Positions 28,318-39,261 of a DNA stretch of 64,000 bases are shown one piece after another (positions within the stretch are counted from its first letter, which is position 1; each line of letters begins with the position of its first letter). The DNA lies in assembly GCA_963693055.1 (NCBI GenBank), contig OY843751.1:2336001-2400000 (forward strand). The letters run 5' to 3'. The notes under the pieces were generated by a model. The model saw only the letters and a program-made list of their open reading frames with translations, had not been told where the DNA came from and did no database searches. Both the position numbers and the translations under genes were made by a program. This stretch comes from a bacterium (GTDB lineage: Bacteria > Zhuqueibacterota > Zhuqueibacteria > Residuimicrobiales > Krinioviventaceae).

Positions 28318-28327
28318 TTGATGATTG

Positions 28328-28401
<74 letters not shown>

Positions 28402-28545
28402 TAGATTTGGAAATTTACTAAATTAGATGCAATTTGTAAAGGAATTAATTCTTTTTATTTAATTCATTTTAAAAAAATATTGTAACGTTGAGAAATATTC
28501 AAGTTTTTATTTTGTTTTTACATCTATAATTGGAAAAGGAGTAAT

Positions 28546-29454
28546 ATGGATTTTCAACCGGCTTATATTGAAGCTTATAAACGCGGTGATTTAGAACGAA
28601 AAATAGAGCAAGCTTTTAATGCGTTACATAGTTGTACATTATGTCCCCGTCAATGCAAAGTTGACAGATCTTCACGACAACGTGGTATTTGCAAAACCGG
28701 TATTCAGGCTAAAGTTGCCAGCTATCAACCTCATTTTGGTGAGGAAAAAGTATTGGTAGGGAGCGGAGGTTCCGGTACCATATTTTTTTCAAATTGTAAC
28801 TTGATGTGTAATTTTTGCCAGAATTTTGATATCAGCCATTCCGGGCAGGGTGAAGAAGTTACTGATACACAATTAGCCAATATGATGATCTGGCTACAGA
28901 ATTATGGCTGCCATAATATCAATCTGGTTACCCCTTCTCATATAGTTCCTCAAATATTATCTGCTTTAAAAATTTCAATTGAAAATGGATTGTCTATTCC
29001 CCTGGTATACAACACTAGCTCTTATGACTCGGTATTTACTATAAAATTATTAGATGGAATCATTGATATTTACATGCCTGATTTTAAATTTATGGATCCC
29101 ATCCAATCAGAGTTGAATATGAATGCATCTGATTATCCTGAAATTGCTAAACGAGCTATTCTTGAAATGTATCGTCAGGTTGGCGATCTGGTAGTAGATT
29201 CCAAAGGTATTGCTCAACGTGGATTAATAGTACGTCATTTGTTAATGCCAGGCAACACCAACGGTGCTAAAGAAATATTTGAGTTTATTTCAAATTCGGT
29301 TTCCAGGAATACATTTACTAATATTTTGAAGCAATACCAGCCTCTGGGAACTGCATCACAAATACCTCAAATTAATAAAAGAATCACTGATATTGAATTC
29401 AACCAGTCACTAGAATTGGCCCGTTTGTCTGGCTTGCATCGAATTATTTATTAA
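28546..29454 (+). CDS. Radical SAM protein, PflX-like
   Basis: 'CTLCPRQC', 'SGTIFFSNCNLMCNFCQN', 'NINLVTP' and 'VRHLLMP' motifs. Confidence 0.9.
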   Translation: MDFQPAYIEAYKRGDLERKIEQAFNALHSCTLCPRQCKVDRSSRQRGICKTGIQAKVASYQPHFGEEKVLVGSGGSGTIFFSNCNLMCNFCQNFDISHSGQGEEVTDTQLANMMIWLQNYGCHNINLVTPSHIVPQILSALKISIENGLSIPLVYNTSSYDSVFTIKLLDGIIDIYMPDFKFMDPIQSELNMNASDYPEIAKRAILEMYRQVGDLVVDSKGIAQRGLIVRHLLMPGNTNGAKEIFEFISNSVSRNTFTNILKQYQPLGTASQIPQINKRITDIEFNQSLELARLSGLHRIIY

Positions 29455-29581
29455 TATTGTAATTGTAATTTTTTTGTCGTTTGGAATAATTGTTGCTATT
29501 AATATATTTAATTTATTAAACCTTGGTTTTTTTTTGCATAATTCATTAGTTATTATGGCATTATAACCTTTAAATAGAGAA

Positions 29582-29956
29582 TTGAATTTTTTGAGTAGTA
29601 ATCACGATTTCAAAAAGTGTCCTATGTGTGAACATATTTGGGCAGATCGTATTGAATTGATGAGTGACACTAATGTTACAATCACCGGGTATATGGCAAA
29701 TTTTGAGGTTTTGGATTTGGGAATATTTGTATTTAATCATGCAACTTGCAATGGAACATTTTCTGTTAAAGGAAAATATTTTCTGGATTTGTATGAAGGT
29801 GAAATTTATGATGCATGCAAAATTGGTTCGGATGAGTGTTTGGGATATTGTCTGGATCATAATGTTCTTAAACCATGTTCTGCTGAATGTGAATGTGCCT
29901 ATGTTCGTGAGGTGATTCAGATAATTAAGCGTTGGCCAAAAGCAGTTTACAAATAG
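29582..29956 (+). CDS. Small Cys-rich hypothetical protein
   Basis: CPMC, HATC, C..YC and C.AECEC motifs. Confidence 0.65.
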   Translation: MNFLSSNHDFKKCPMCEHIWADRIELMSDTNVTITGYMANFEVLDLGIFVFNHATCNGTFSVKGKYFLDLYEGEIYDACKIGSDECLGYCLDHNVLKPCSAECECAYVREVIQIIKRWPKAVYK

Positions 29957-29986
29957 GCACAGGATATTTTAAAAGGGTTGTAACTG

Positions 29987-30706
29987 GTGGATGATATAAC
30001 TAAAAATGAACCTATCTTGATTCGTTATACTTTTACTATGGAAGACGGATTTAAAGAGGTATTTAACATACGTTTGGATCCAGTAACTTTGGATTTGATT
30101 GCCCAACGTCCCAAGGTGTTACCTGAATGGACGGAGCTAAGTTTTCACAAGTGTCCTCATTGTCCGCTTGAAAATGAAAAGAATTGCCCTTTGGCAGCCA
30201 GTTTGGTAAATATTGTAAAGCGTTTTAACAGATTGATTTCTTATGAAAGAATACATCTTGATGTAGAAACCAAAGAACGTTTTATTTCTCAACATACAAC
30301 TGCCCAAAAGGGGATCAGTGCATTAATGGGTTTGGTCTTTGCTTCGAGTGGGTGTCCGCATACCTGGTTTTTGCGCCCAATGGCAAGGTATCATTTGCCA
30401 CTTGCAAGCAGAGAAGAAACAATATATAGAGCAACATCAATGTATTTGTTGGCTCAGTATTTTATGAATAAACATAAAAAGCCTGTAGATCTGGATTTTG
30501 AAGGATTGACTCAACTATATAAAAACCTTGAAGATGTAAGCCTTTCAGTTGCCGAACGTTTAAATGTAGCAAGTAAGACCGATTCTACAATAAATGCGCT
30601 AATTTTGCTGGATGTATACAATAAAACCCTGCCAATGGCAATTGATACTTCTTTGGAACAACTGGAATATCTTTTCGATTTTTATATCAATAAAAAAAAT
30701 AATTGA
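29987..30706 (+). CDS. Hypothetical protein (DUF6901-like)
   Basis: 'WTEL.FHKCPHCPL', 'SGCP', 'PMARYHLPLA' motifs; family recalled from memory. Confidence 0.65.
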   Translation: MDDITKNEPILIRYTFTMEDGFKEVFNIRLDPVTLDLIAQRPKVLPEWTELSFHKCPHCPLENEKNCPLAASLVNIVKRFNRLISYERIHLDVETKERFISQHTTAQKGISALMGLVFASSGCPHTWFLRPMARYHLPLASREETIYRATSMYLLAQYFMNKHKKPVDLDFEGLTQLYKNLEDVSLSVAERLNVASKTDSTINALILLDVYNKTLPMAIDTSLEQLEYLFDFYINKKNN

Positions 30707-31081
30707 AACAATATTTAATTGAATTTGCATTAGAGCTTGTTCTATTTATTGTTTTTTGATGCAAAAATTTAACAAAATGAATAAATATTAATGGCTAACT
30801 GTGCTGTTTATATACATATAAAGATCCATAGTAAAATGTTCATTAATTGATGATAATTTTTTCTTTTTGATTAAAAAACAGGATTTAAATTTTAAACACA
30901 GCAATATTGTACTTTTAATACTAGTTTTTTCTTGCAATTTTAACTATTTATTCGTTTATTTTTTAAAATAGCGGTAAATATTTTTACTTTAGTGACTTGT
31001 TTTGCTTTTTTATAGTTGATTTGTATGGTACAAATTTTGCACTCAGGTAATTTGAATCGTCCGAATTTTCCGGGAGAATTG

Positions 31082-33817
31082 ATGGCCCAAAAGTCTGAAA
31101 ATCAGTTACAGTATTCAATTGATAAAGTGATTGAGGAAAATGAAAGACTAAAGAAACGCCTTGAATTAATTGAATCAAATTATGAAGAATTACTTTCAAA
31201 GGAAATTCGTTTTCATTCTTTGATTGAAAATCTTTCTGCCGGTTTTATTATTAATGATATTTTAGGCAATTGTATTTATGCTAATGATCATTTGGTTAAT
31301 CTTTTTGGATACAATTTACATGAAATTTTAAAAAGACCGTTAAAGCGATTAATTGATTCAAAGAGTTTTTATGTATATGAAACTGAATTAGCTAAAGTCA
31401 AAAATGGTGAATCATGTAGATTTGAACTTGAAATGATCCACCACAACAGGTCAATTATTTCTGTCCTGGTTACTTTGAGTCCACTCATAGACCAGAATGG
31501 AAATTATAATGGTAATTATGGACTTTTATCAGATGTTACCAAAAGAAAACAGGCACAAAAGGCATTATTAGAGAATGAAGAGAAATATCGAAACCTTGTG
31601 GAAAGAGCTCACGATGGTATTGGAATCATTCAGGATGATTATTTTAAATATGTCAATAATCAATTAGCTCTCTTGACGGAATCTTCAGTTGAAGAATTGA
31701 TGAATAAACCCTTTTTGAATATTTTTTCTAAAGATGATCAGGAAAAATTGTCTAAAGAATATTCACGGCATTTAAATGGAGAGGTTTCTGACAAAATTTA
31801 TCAGGCAAAACTGTGTACAAAGTTTGGAAATATAAAATATGTTGAGATAAATGGTGGTTTTATACATTACCAGGGACAAAATGCCGATTTAATCATCATT
31901 CGAGATATCTCTGATAGAAAAAAAATTAATGCTGAGCTTATTGAGAGCCGAAAAAAATATAAAGTACTTGAAGCTAATATTCCATTGGGAATTTACCGAT
32001 CAACACCTGACGGAATACTCGTTTCAGGAAATCCATCAATGTTAAATTTATTCGGGTTCAAGAGTGAACTTGAAATTAAAGATTTTGATGTTTCAAAATT
32101 GTATCAGAATAGGGAACAACGGGATAAATTTATAACCCAACTCAACAAAGATGGAACCGTTGAAGGGTATGAAATTGAATTAAAACGTCTCGATGGTAGT
32201 TCATTCTGGGCATCAATTAGTACCACAACAGTCTTTGATAAACATATGGAACCTGTTTTTTATGATGGAATTATCCGTGATATAAGTGAAAAGAAACAAG
32301 CAGAGATTTCAATTCGAGAAAGTGAAGAGAAATTTCGAACAATTTCTGAACAATCCATTATGGCTATTGCAATTTTGCAGGAAGGTATTATAAAGTATAT
32401 GAATAATGCTTTTTGCGAATTGTTTGAATTTTCACGTGATGAAATTCAAAAATGGGGGCCGCACCGTTACTTGAAAGCGGTCCATTGGGATAGCATTAGT
32501 ACAGTCTTGGATCGTGGCAGACAAATGACAAAAGATCCAGAAAATGAAGGAAATAGATTTACTTTTAAAGGTATTACTAAAACCGGCAAATTGAAATATG
32601 TTGATAATTATTCAAAAATAATAATGTTTCAAGGCAAGCCTGCAATGTTAATGTCTTTGATTGATATAACTGATAGAAAATTGATGGAAGCTGAAATACA
32701 AAGAGCGCAAAAACTTGAATCAACCGGTTTGTTAGCCGGTGGTATTGCTCATGATTTTAATAATCGCTTGTCCGTTATTTTAGGCAACGCCCAATTGGCC
32801 CGACTTTATTTTAGCCAAAAAGACAAGTTGGTAAAGTATTTGGAAAACATTGAACAGAGCGCAGCCCAAGCTACATCACTAACGCAGCAGCTGTTAACCT
32901 TTTCAAAGGGTGGTGCTCCTATAAAAACAGTCTGTAATGTAAAGGAAATGATTAAAGAGGCCATTAATTTATCGCTAAGTGGTTCAAATGCTTTCTGTAT
33001 TACAAATTTTCAAGATGATTTGTTTAATATAGATGTAGATAAGGGACAAATTACCCAGGTTTTGAATAATATTTTAATTAATGCCGATCAGGCAATGCCT
33101 AGCGGTGGGAAAATTCATATTACAGGTGAGAATCATGATCATTCCCCAAAAGATCCCATTCAGTTGCGTGGCTCAAAATATGTTCGAATAACAATTAAAG
33201 ATCAAGGTACCGGAATTCCTGCAACAATTTTAGATAAAATATTTGATCCATATTTTACTACAAAACAAAAAGGTAGTGGATTAGGATTAGCAGTTGCTTA
33301 TTCTATTGTTGAAAAGCATAAAGGGTTTTTAATGGTAGAATCAGAGTTGGGCCAGGGTACAACTTTTCTATTGTATCTTCCGGCTACAAATGAACAAATT
33401 TCACTGGAGAAAGTAATGGATATTAACACATCAAAAGGATCCGGCTATATCCTTGTGATGGATGATGAAGAACTTGTGTTGGATATGGTGGGGGATATAC
33501 TTTTAGAAGCTGGATATGAAGTAGCACTGGCTAAAGATGGTCAGGAAACTCTTGATATTTACATGAATGCTAAAAATAGTGACAAGCCTTTTCAGGCGGT
33601 AATTATGGATTTAACAATACCTGGAGGTATGGGGGGCAAAGAAACCATGGTTGAATTAAAGAAATTTGATCCAAATGTAAAAGCAATTGTCTCAAGTGGA
33701 TATTCAAATGATCCTATTATGTCAGATTATGAATCGTTTGGATTTGCAGGGGTAATTGCAAAACCCTACAAGATTAAGGCGCTTCAAGATACGCTTAATC
33801 AGGTGTTAAATCAATAA
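31082..33817 (+). CDS. Hybrid sensor histidine kinase (4 PAS, HisKA/HATPase, REC)
   Basis: PAS repeats; 'AGGIAHDFNN', 'NILINA', 'DQGTG', 'FTTK..GSGLGL'; C-terminal receiver domain. Confidence 0.92.
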   Translation: MAQKSENQLQYSIDKVIEENERLKKRLELIESNYEELLSKEIRFHSLIENLSAGFIINDILGNCIYANDHLVNLFGYNLHEILKRPLKRLIDSKSFYVYETELAKVKNGESCRFELEMIHHNRSIISVLVTLSPLIDQNGNYNGNYGLLSDVTKRKQAQKALLENEEKYRNLVERAHDGIGIIQDDYFKYVNNQLALLTESSVEELMNKPFLNIFSKDDQEKLSKEYSRHLNGEVSDKIYQAKLCTKFGNIKYVEINGGFIHYQGQNADLIIIRDISDRKKINAELIESRKKYKVLEANIPLGIYRSTPDGILVSGNPSMLNLFGFKSELEIKDFDVSKLYQNREQRDKFITQLNKDGTVEGYEIELKRLDGSSFWASISTTTVFDKHMEPVFYDGIIRDISEKKQAEISIRESEEKFRTISEQSIMAIAILQEGIIKYMNNAFCELFEFSRDEIQKWGPHRYLKAVHWDSISTVLDRGRQMTKDPENEGNRFTFKGITKTGKLKYVDNYSKIIMFQGKPAMLMSLIDITDRKLMEAEIQRAQKLESTGLLAGGIAHDFNNRLSVILGNAQLARLYFSQKDKLVKYLENIEQSAAQATSLTQQLLTFSKGGAPIKTVCNVKEMIKEAINLSLSGSNAFCITNFQDDLFNIDVDKGQITQVLNNILINADQAMPSGGKIHITGENHDHSPKDPIQLRGSKYVRITIKDQGTGIPATILDKIFDPYFTTKQKGSGLGLAVAYSIVEKHKGFLMVESELGQGTTFLLYLPATNEQISLEKVMDINTSKGSGYILVMDDEELVLDMVGDILLEAGYEVALAKDGQETLDIYMNAKNSDKPFQAVIMDLTIPGGMGGKETMVELKKFDPNVKAIVSSGYSNDPIMSDYESFGFAGVIAKPYKIKALQDTLNQVLNQ

Positions 33818-33837
33818 TTAGAAAGAATGGTGTACCC

Positions 33838-34212
33838 ATGAATAATGGACATAAAGTGCTGGTTGTTGAAGATGAATCAATTATTGCACTTAGTATTCAG
33901 GAAAAATTAATGTCACAAGGGTATGAAGTACCAGCTATTGCTTCAACAGGTGAGATGGCTGTAGAATTGTACAAAAAATACCAACCTCATGTAATTTTAA
34001 TGGATGTAGTACTTGCCGGTTTAATGGATGGTATTGAAGCTTCTCGTGAGATACGAAAGAATTCAAATGTGCCCATTGTTTTTTGCACGGCATACTCTGA
34101 TGAACAAACAATGGAACGCGTTATGGCTGTATCTTTGTCTGATTTTATCCTCAAACCCATATCAGAGTCTGAATTAGACACCAAACTTCAGCATGTTCTA
34201 AATATAAAATAA
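33838..34212 (+). CDS. Single-domain response regulator
   Basis: 'LVVEDE', 'LMDV', 'TAY' and 'KP' motifs. Confidence 0.9.
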   Translation: MNNGHKVLVVEDESIIALSIQEKLMSQGYEVPAIASTGEMAVELYKKYQPHVILMDVVLAGLMDGIEASREIRKNSNVPIVFCTAYSDEQTMERVMAVSLSDFILKPISESELDTKLQHVLNIK

Positions 34213-34300
34213 TCTTTTTTTTGTTTACAGATGAATCTTTTTCCTACATGGCACATCTAAACATTAGAACGTAAATAAACTAATATTTGGGAGATTAACC

Positions 34301-34678
34301 ATGGCAACAATAAATTTGAAAATGGATGAACTGGAAAGCACACTTCAAAATAATGATATCGTATTTATAGATTTTTGGGCTTCCTGGTGTGGCCCCTGTA
34401 AAATGTTTGCACCGGTTTTTGAAAAAGCATCTGAACAGCATCCTGATATTGCATTTGCTAAAGTTGATACCGAAAAAGAACAACAGCTTGCAGCTGCTTT
34501 TGGAATTCAATCTATTCCTACATTGGCTATTTTTAGAGAAAACATCTTGTTGTATAAACAACCAGGTGCTTTACCAGAACAAGCATTGACAGATTTGATC
34601 AAACAAGTTAGTGATTTGGACATGGAAAAGATTAAGGAAGAGGTTAAAGCAGCTGAAAAAGAAAATGCTAACGCCTAA
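34301..34678 (+). CDS. trxA: Thioredoxin
   Basis: 'DFWASWCGPC' and 'SIPT' motifs. Confidence 0.9.
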   Translation: MATINLKMDELESTLQNNDIVFIDFWASWCGPCKMFAPVFEKASEQHPDIAFAKVDTEKEQQLAAAFGIQSIPTLAIFRENILLYKQPGALPEQALTDLIKQVSDLDMEKIKEEVKAAEKENANA

Positions 34679-34699
34679 GTATTGACATATTGGAATTTG

Positions 34700-34735
34700 A
34701 GGCAGCTTTGTTTTTTCAAGCTGCCTTTTTTTTTA
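34700..34735 (+). terminator. Rho-independent terminator
   Basis: AGGCAGCTT...AAGCTGCCT plus T-tract. Confidence 0.8.
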
Positions 34736-34809
34736 TATTTTCCTTTTATTCATAAATAAAAGTTTTTATATTATTAAAATTTAATACACACCTTGGGACA
34801 GGGATACTT

Positions 34810-35211
34810 ATGAAAACCTTGATTGTTGATGATGAACCTATCAATTTAAAATTGTTTATAAAGTATATGCAGCTTTATGGTCAATGTGTTCCTGCAATGA
34901 ATGGCCAGGAAGCAGTAGAAAAATTTAAACATGCTCTGGATGTAAACATCCCTTTTGAGTTGGTTCTGTTAGATATTATGATGCCTCAGGTTGATGGTCA
35001 TGAAGCTTTGAGGAATATCCGCAGTCTTGAGAATGAATATAATATTCCAACAGAAAACAGAGTCAAGATTATTATGACTACTGCATTATCTGATTTTAAA
35101 AATGTTCAAACTGCTTTTAATGAATTGGCTGATGGGTATTTGGTTAAACCTATTGATAAACCCAAGCTCATTCAGGAGATTAACAAACTTTGCAATACAA
35201 ATTTATCTTAA
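34810..35211 (+). CDS. CheY-like single-domain response regulator
   Basis: 'LIVDDE', 'LLDIMMP', 'MTTA' and 'VKP' motifs. Confidence 0.9.
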   Translation: MKTLIVDDEPINLKLFIKYMQLYGQCVPAMNGQEAVEKFKHALDVNIPFELVLLDIMMPQVDGHEALRNIRSLENEYNIPTENRVKIIMTTALSDFKNVQTAFNELADGYLVKPIDKPKLIQEINKLCNTNLS

Positions 35212-35224
35212 TGTTGTCAGATTA

Positions 35225-36001
35225 ATGAAGAAAATTATTGTTTTTTTTGTTCTAGCTTTTTTTTCAATGCTTTTTGCTCAAGATCCTCTAATAACTGATC
35301 GTCCTGATCAAACCGAATCTTCTATTACAGTGCCCAAAAAATCCATTCAAATTGAGACCGGTGTATTGTTTGAGCGTGATAAAATTCACATAGGTTTTTC
35401 TGATGCAAATGTCAGACAATCATCGTTTTCAATTGCTACTACATTGTTGAGATATGGAATTTTTGATAATTTTGAACTCCGTATGGCCAGTGAATATCTT
35501 TATAAAAAAGTTAAACTCTCAAATTTTGACAAAACATCAGATGGATTGCCAGGTGTTATGCTGGGTGGTAAATTTAAGCTGTTTGATGAAAATGGATTGA
35601 TACCTGAGTCGGCAATTCTTTTGGAATTAACTTTTCCCGTGGGCAATGAACAGCTTGCGCCTGATAATACAGAAACAAAATTATTGTTTGCTTCATCTCA
35701 TACAATTTCACCTACTTTGGGTGTTGGGTATAATATTGGAGTTGAATGGATAGATGATAATAATTATTTATATTTATACAGTTTAGCAATGGGAAAGAGT
35801 TTGACAAATAGTTTGTCTTTTTTTATTGAAAGTTTTGGCTCTCTCTCAGAGCATAATGGATGTCCTCTTTCAGTTGATGGTGGTATTACTAAACTATTAT
35901 CACCCATTTTTCAGGTTGATTTTTCAACAGGAGTTGCTTTAAATCAAGATGCCTCAGATTTTTTTACTAGTATTGGTTTTTCTTATCGTTTCCCCCATTA
36001 A
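35225..36001 (+). CDS. Putative outer-membrane transporter-family (Phenol_MetA_deg-like) protein
   Basis: Signal peptide, 'ITDRPDQTES', C-terminal 'GFSYRF'. Confidence 0.75.
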   Translation: MKKIIVFFVLAFFSMLFAQDPLITDRPDQTESSITVPKKSIQIETGVLFERDKIHIGFSDANVRQSSFSIATTLLRYGIFDNFELRMASEYLYKKVKLSNFDKTSDGLPGVMLGGKFKLFDENGLIPESAILLELTFPVGNEQLAPDNTETKLLFASSHTISPTLGVGYNIGVEWIDDNNYLYLYSLAMGKSLTNSLSFFIESFGSLSEHNGCPLSVDGGITKLLSPIFQVDFSTGVALNQDASDFFTSIGFSYRFPH

Positions 36002-36034
36002 ATAGAAATTGTAATAATAGAGAATAATTAAAAT

Positions 36035-36973
36035 ATGTTACAAACAATATGTAGCAATTGGGATATAATATACCAAACTCAAAGACCAGATATTTTAATT
36101 GCCGGTAGCCCGGATCGAACAGAATACAGGGTTGTTGTTCAGGATGTACATGAGCGTTTATATGTGCTGGAGAAAATAAATCCAGATAATTACAAAGTAA
36201 AAGAAAATATAACTAAAGCTTTATCATTTCTTTACAAGAAAAATCTATCTTTTGTTCAGCCTTATTTAAAGACAAGTTCAGGTGACTCATTGATTTCTCA
36301 TAATGATGAATATTGGCAGTTGATCCCTTTTATTAATGGGGTTGAACTTGACAGACCCAAATATCTTAAAGATGCCTGTCGAGGACAAGCCCTTGCAGAG
36401 TTTATGATTGATCTTGACGAAAAATCAACTGGTATTGAAGAGGTTGTAGATTTGGATTATTTTTCAATTATAGAATTTATTGATGATTTTAAAATCAAAC
36501 TTGAAAAGAATAATCCTAAAATATTTAACCATTTAAAGGAATTATTCGACTATTTGGATTCAGAGTTTGTATATCAACATCAAGAGTTGTCACAAGGATT
36601 CTGCCATGGAGATATACATCCCTTAAATATCATCTGGGGCAAAAATGAAATACGCTCTGTTATAGATTGGGAATTTCATGGAAGAAAACCTCAACTTTAT
36701 GATCTGGCTAATTTAATTGGTTGTCTGGGAATGGAAGCGCCAGATGGTTTGTTATCAACCATGATTTTACAAATGTTTAGAGTGCTAAAAGATAGAGATT
36801 ATATTGAGCCATTAGGCAATAAAGTTTTATTGGATTTTGTTCTTGCAATACGCTTTGCATGGTTATCAGATTGGCTGAGAAGAAAAGATAATGATATGAT
36901 TAATTTGGAAATTGCATACATGTTTCTTTTGTTTGATAATCGAAAAACTATTACATCCAGATGGAATTTATAA
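36035..36973 (+). CDS. Phosphotransferase (APH / homoserine kinase type II-like)
   Basis: 'CHGDIHPLN' and 'VIDWEF' motifs. Confidence 0.8.
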   Translation: MLQTICSNWDIIYQTQRPDILIAGSPDRTEYRVVVQDVHERLYVLEKINPDNYKVKENITKALSFLYKKNLSFVQPYLKTSSGDSLISHNDEYWQLIPFINGVELDRPKYLKDACRGQALAEFMIDLDEKSTGIEEVVDLDYFSIIEFIDDFKIKLEKNNPKIFNHLKELFDYLDSEFVYQHQELSQGFCHGDIHPLNIIWGKNEIRSVIDWEFHGRKPQLYDLANLIGCLGMEAPDGLLSTMILQMFRVLKDRDYIEPLGNKVLLDFVLAIRFAWLSDWLRRKDNDMINLEIAYMFLLFDNRKTITSRWNL

Positions 36974-37094
36974 TTCAGCATGTTGTTGGTTTTTTATAAA
37001 ATAATTGTTCCGAATTATACGTTATTTTTGTATATTATTGTCTTGTTCTTTGAAATGAAGTGGATTCACTACACATATAGAATAGAAAGTTATT

Positions 37095-37931
37095 ATGAAC
37101 TGGTGGCAAAACCTTCCTTCCCATATTGATCCTGTATTTTTCTCTCTGGGATCATTCCAAATCCGATATTATGGACTAATGTACGTAGCAGCATTTACTA
37201 CAGTTTACCTGTTGATAAAATATCGTCTGAAACATGAAGCCTATTCCTATACTTTGGAAACAATTCAATCCTTTATGGTTTGGGCAATTCTTGGCGTATT
37301 GATAGGTGGAAGGTTGGGTTACATTTTGTTTTATGATCTTTCATATTTTATCTCTAATCCATTGAAAATGATCATGCCTGTCGAGTTTTCTAATGGTTTT
37401 CGTTTTACAGGTATTAGTGGTATGTCTTTTCATGGTGGTGTATTGGGAGTCTTTTTTGCTTCATTATGGTTCTGCCATCGGGAGAAAATTAATTTTTTTC
37501 ATCTTGGCAGTTTAATTTTACCGGCAATTCCATTGGGATATACATTTGGTCGTATTGGTAATTTCCTTAATGGTGAATTGTATGGCAGAACAACAACAGT
37601 GCCTTGGGGAATGTATTTCCCTTTGGATGTTACGCATCAATTACGACATCCGTCGCAATTGTATGAAGCATTTTTTGAAGGTATTGTTCTGTTTATTGTT
37701 CTTTGGAGTTTGAGAAATAATTTGTATATTCATAAATATTTATTGGCTCTGTTTTTGATTGGTTATGGAGTTTTTAGATTTTTTATAGAATATGTCAGAG
37801 AACCAGACGCACATTTAGGATTAATTGCCCTCAATTTATCCATGGGGCAGTTGTTATGTCTGGGAATGATTATCAGTGGAGTTGCACTGATAATTTTGCA
37901 GAAATATATTATAAAAAATAACAATAGTTGA
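37095..37931 (+). CDS. lgt: Prolipoprotein diacylglyceryl transferase
   Basis: 'YYGLMY', 'GGRLGY', 'GMSFHGG', 'GRIGNFLNGELYGR', 'HPSQLYEA'. Confidence 0.97.
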   Translation: MNWWQNLPSHIDPVFFSLGSFQIRYYGLMYVAAFTTVYLLIKYRLKHEAYSYTLETIQSFMVWAILGVLIGGRLGYILFYDLSYFISNPLKMIMPVEFSNGFRFTGISGMSFHGGVLGVFFASLWFCHREKINFFHLGSLILPAIPLGYTFGRIGNFLNGELYGRTTTVPWGMYFPLDVTHQLRHPSQLYEAFFEGIVLFIVLWSLRNNLYIHKYLLALFLIGYGVFRFFIEYVREPDAHLGLIALNLSMGQLLCLGMIISGVALIILQKYIIKNNNS

Positions 37932-37952
37932 ACCAGGAAAAGGAGAAGGGGA

Positions 37953-38378
37953 ATGGCCGAGGAAAAAAACGCTGCTTCTACAGATAAAAGTCAGAATGAG
38001 CGCATAACCCCGTTTAGCGATGAAGAGTTGGATCGTTTTCGCGAATTGATTGAGCAAAAACGTAAAGAAGCCCTTGAAGAAATTGATCGCTGGAGGAGTT
38101 TTTTGTCGACCGATAACCGTGAGGAACTAGATAGCGATTCCGGTTACAGCTTCCACCTTGCGGATTCTGCTTCAGTGGGCACTGATCGCGAACAAGCTTA
38201 TATGATGATTGACCGTCAGCAAAAATTAATCGGTTATCTTGATAGAGCGCTTGAAAGGATTAATAATAAAACATATGGTATTTGTCGTGTTACCGGCAAA
38301 CCTATTAATCCTGAACGGTTAGAAGCAATTCCACATACAGAAATTTCTGTTGAAGCGAAATTAAAAAGTAAACGTTAA
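37953..38378 (+). CDS. dksA: DksA/TraR family protein
   Basis: 'ALERI.NKTYGICRVTGKPI..ERLEAIPH'. Confidence 0.85.
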   Translation: MAEEKNAASTDKSQNERITPFSDEELDRFRELIEQKRKEALEEIDRWRSFLSTDNREELDSDSGYSFHLADSASVGTDREQAYMMIDRQQKLIGYLDRALERINNKTYGICRVTGKPINPERLEAIPHTEISVEAKLKSKR

Positions 38379-38409
38379 TATTTAATAGAATATCAAAATC
38401 TTTTGATTC

Positions 38410-38466
38410 TAAGGGGTATATTGTGCCCCTTTTTCTTCAAGCCCCTTTTTAGGGGCTTTTTTTTTC
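38410..38466 (+). terminator. Tandem terminator hairpins
   Basis: AAGGGG...CCCCTTTTT followed by AAGCCCCT...AGGGGCTT and a T-tract. Confidence 0.7.
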
Positions 38467-38523
38467 TTGAATTGAATCCAATTTTTATTTATTCTTAAAT
38501 CTATTAATTTTGAGATTAGTAAT

Positions 38524-39033
38524 ATGAATGTTAAAAAAATTATAAAACAAATGACAACCAACGCGCTTATTCTTGATACAATGACTAAAAGTATTTCTCA
38601 TGATCAAGCTGTTTGGAAACCGGCTCCCCAGAAATGGTCTGTGCTTGAAGTGGTTCACCATCTTTTGGATGAAGAAAAATCGGATTTTAGAGCAAGGTTA
38701 AAATTGACGCTAGATGGAAAAGGCGAACCGTGGCCGCCGTTTGATCCTTTGAGATTGGTAACTGAGCATAAATATAATGAGCAGGACTTTGACAAAATCA
38801 TGTCTCTGTGGCTTGATGAGCGAGCTGAATCTTTGGTGTGGTTGCAGAAATTAGAAAAGCCTCAATGGGAACTTTATTATAATCATCCCCAAATTGGTAT
38901 TATAAGAGCAGGGGATTTGTTGGTATCCTGGTTGGAGCATGATCTGTTACATTTTCACCAGCTTTTAAATTTGCAAATTGAATATCAAAAGAGTCAATAT
39001 GCACCTTTTAATAGTAAATACGCATCTCCATAA
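38524..39033 (+). CDS. DinB family protein
   Basis: 'WSVLEVVHHL.DEE..DF' and 'HDLLH' motifs. Confidence 0.85.
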   Translation: MNVKKIIKQMTTNALILDTMTKSISHDQAVWKPAPQKWSVLEVVHHLLDEEKSDFRARLKLTLDGKGEPWPPFDPLRLVTEHKYNEQDFDKIMSLWLDERAESLVWLQKLEKPQWELYYNHPQIGIIRAGDLLVSWLEHDLLHFHQLLNLQIEYQKSQYAPFNSKYASP

Positions 39034-39261
39034 CAAATTGAGGGGGAAGAGATGAAAGCTGTATTTTGATAATACCATTTCTACTGGTTTTGTTTTTTTG
39101 TTTGTAATTATAAATCTTGTAGGCATAAATTTTATCCTGATAATGAGAGCCAACATTTCAGTTTTAACAGAATCATGAAAATGAATTTTATTGAATTCTT
39201 GATTGACTTTCACATTGCATTTCATTAATATTCCCCATAATAATTATTAGAGTGGTTCATA

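Noticed and set aside
38965-39225. 86-aa minus-strand ORF between dinB and the serine racemase gene
   Set aside because: It overlaps dinB and has no RBS or motif; probably non-coding.
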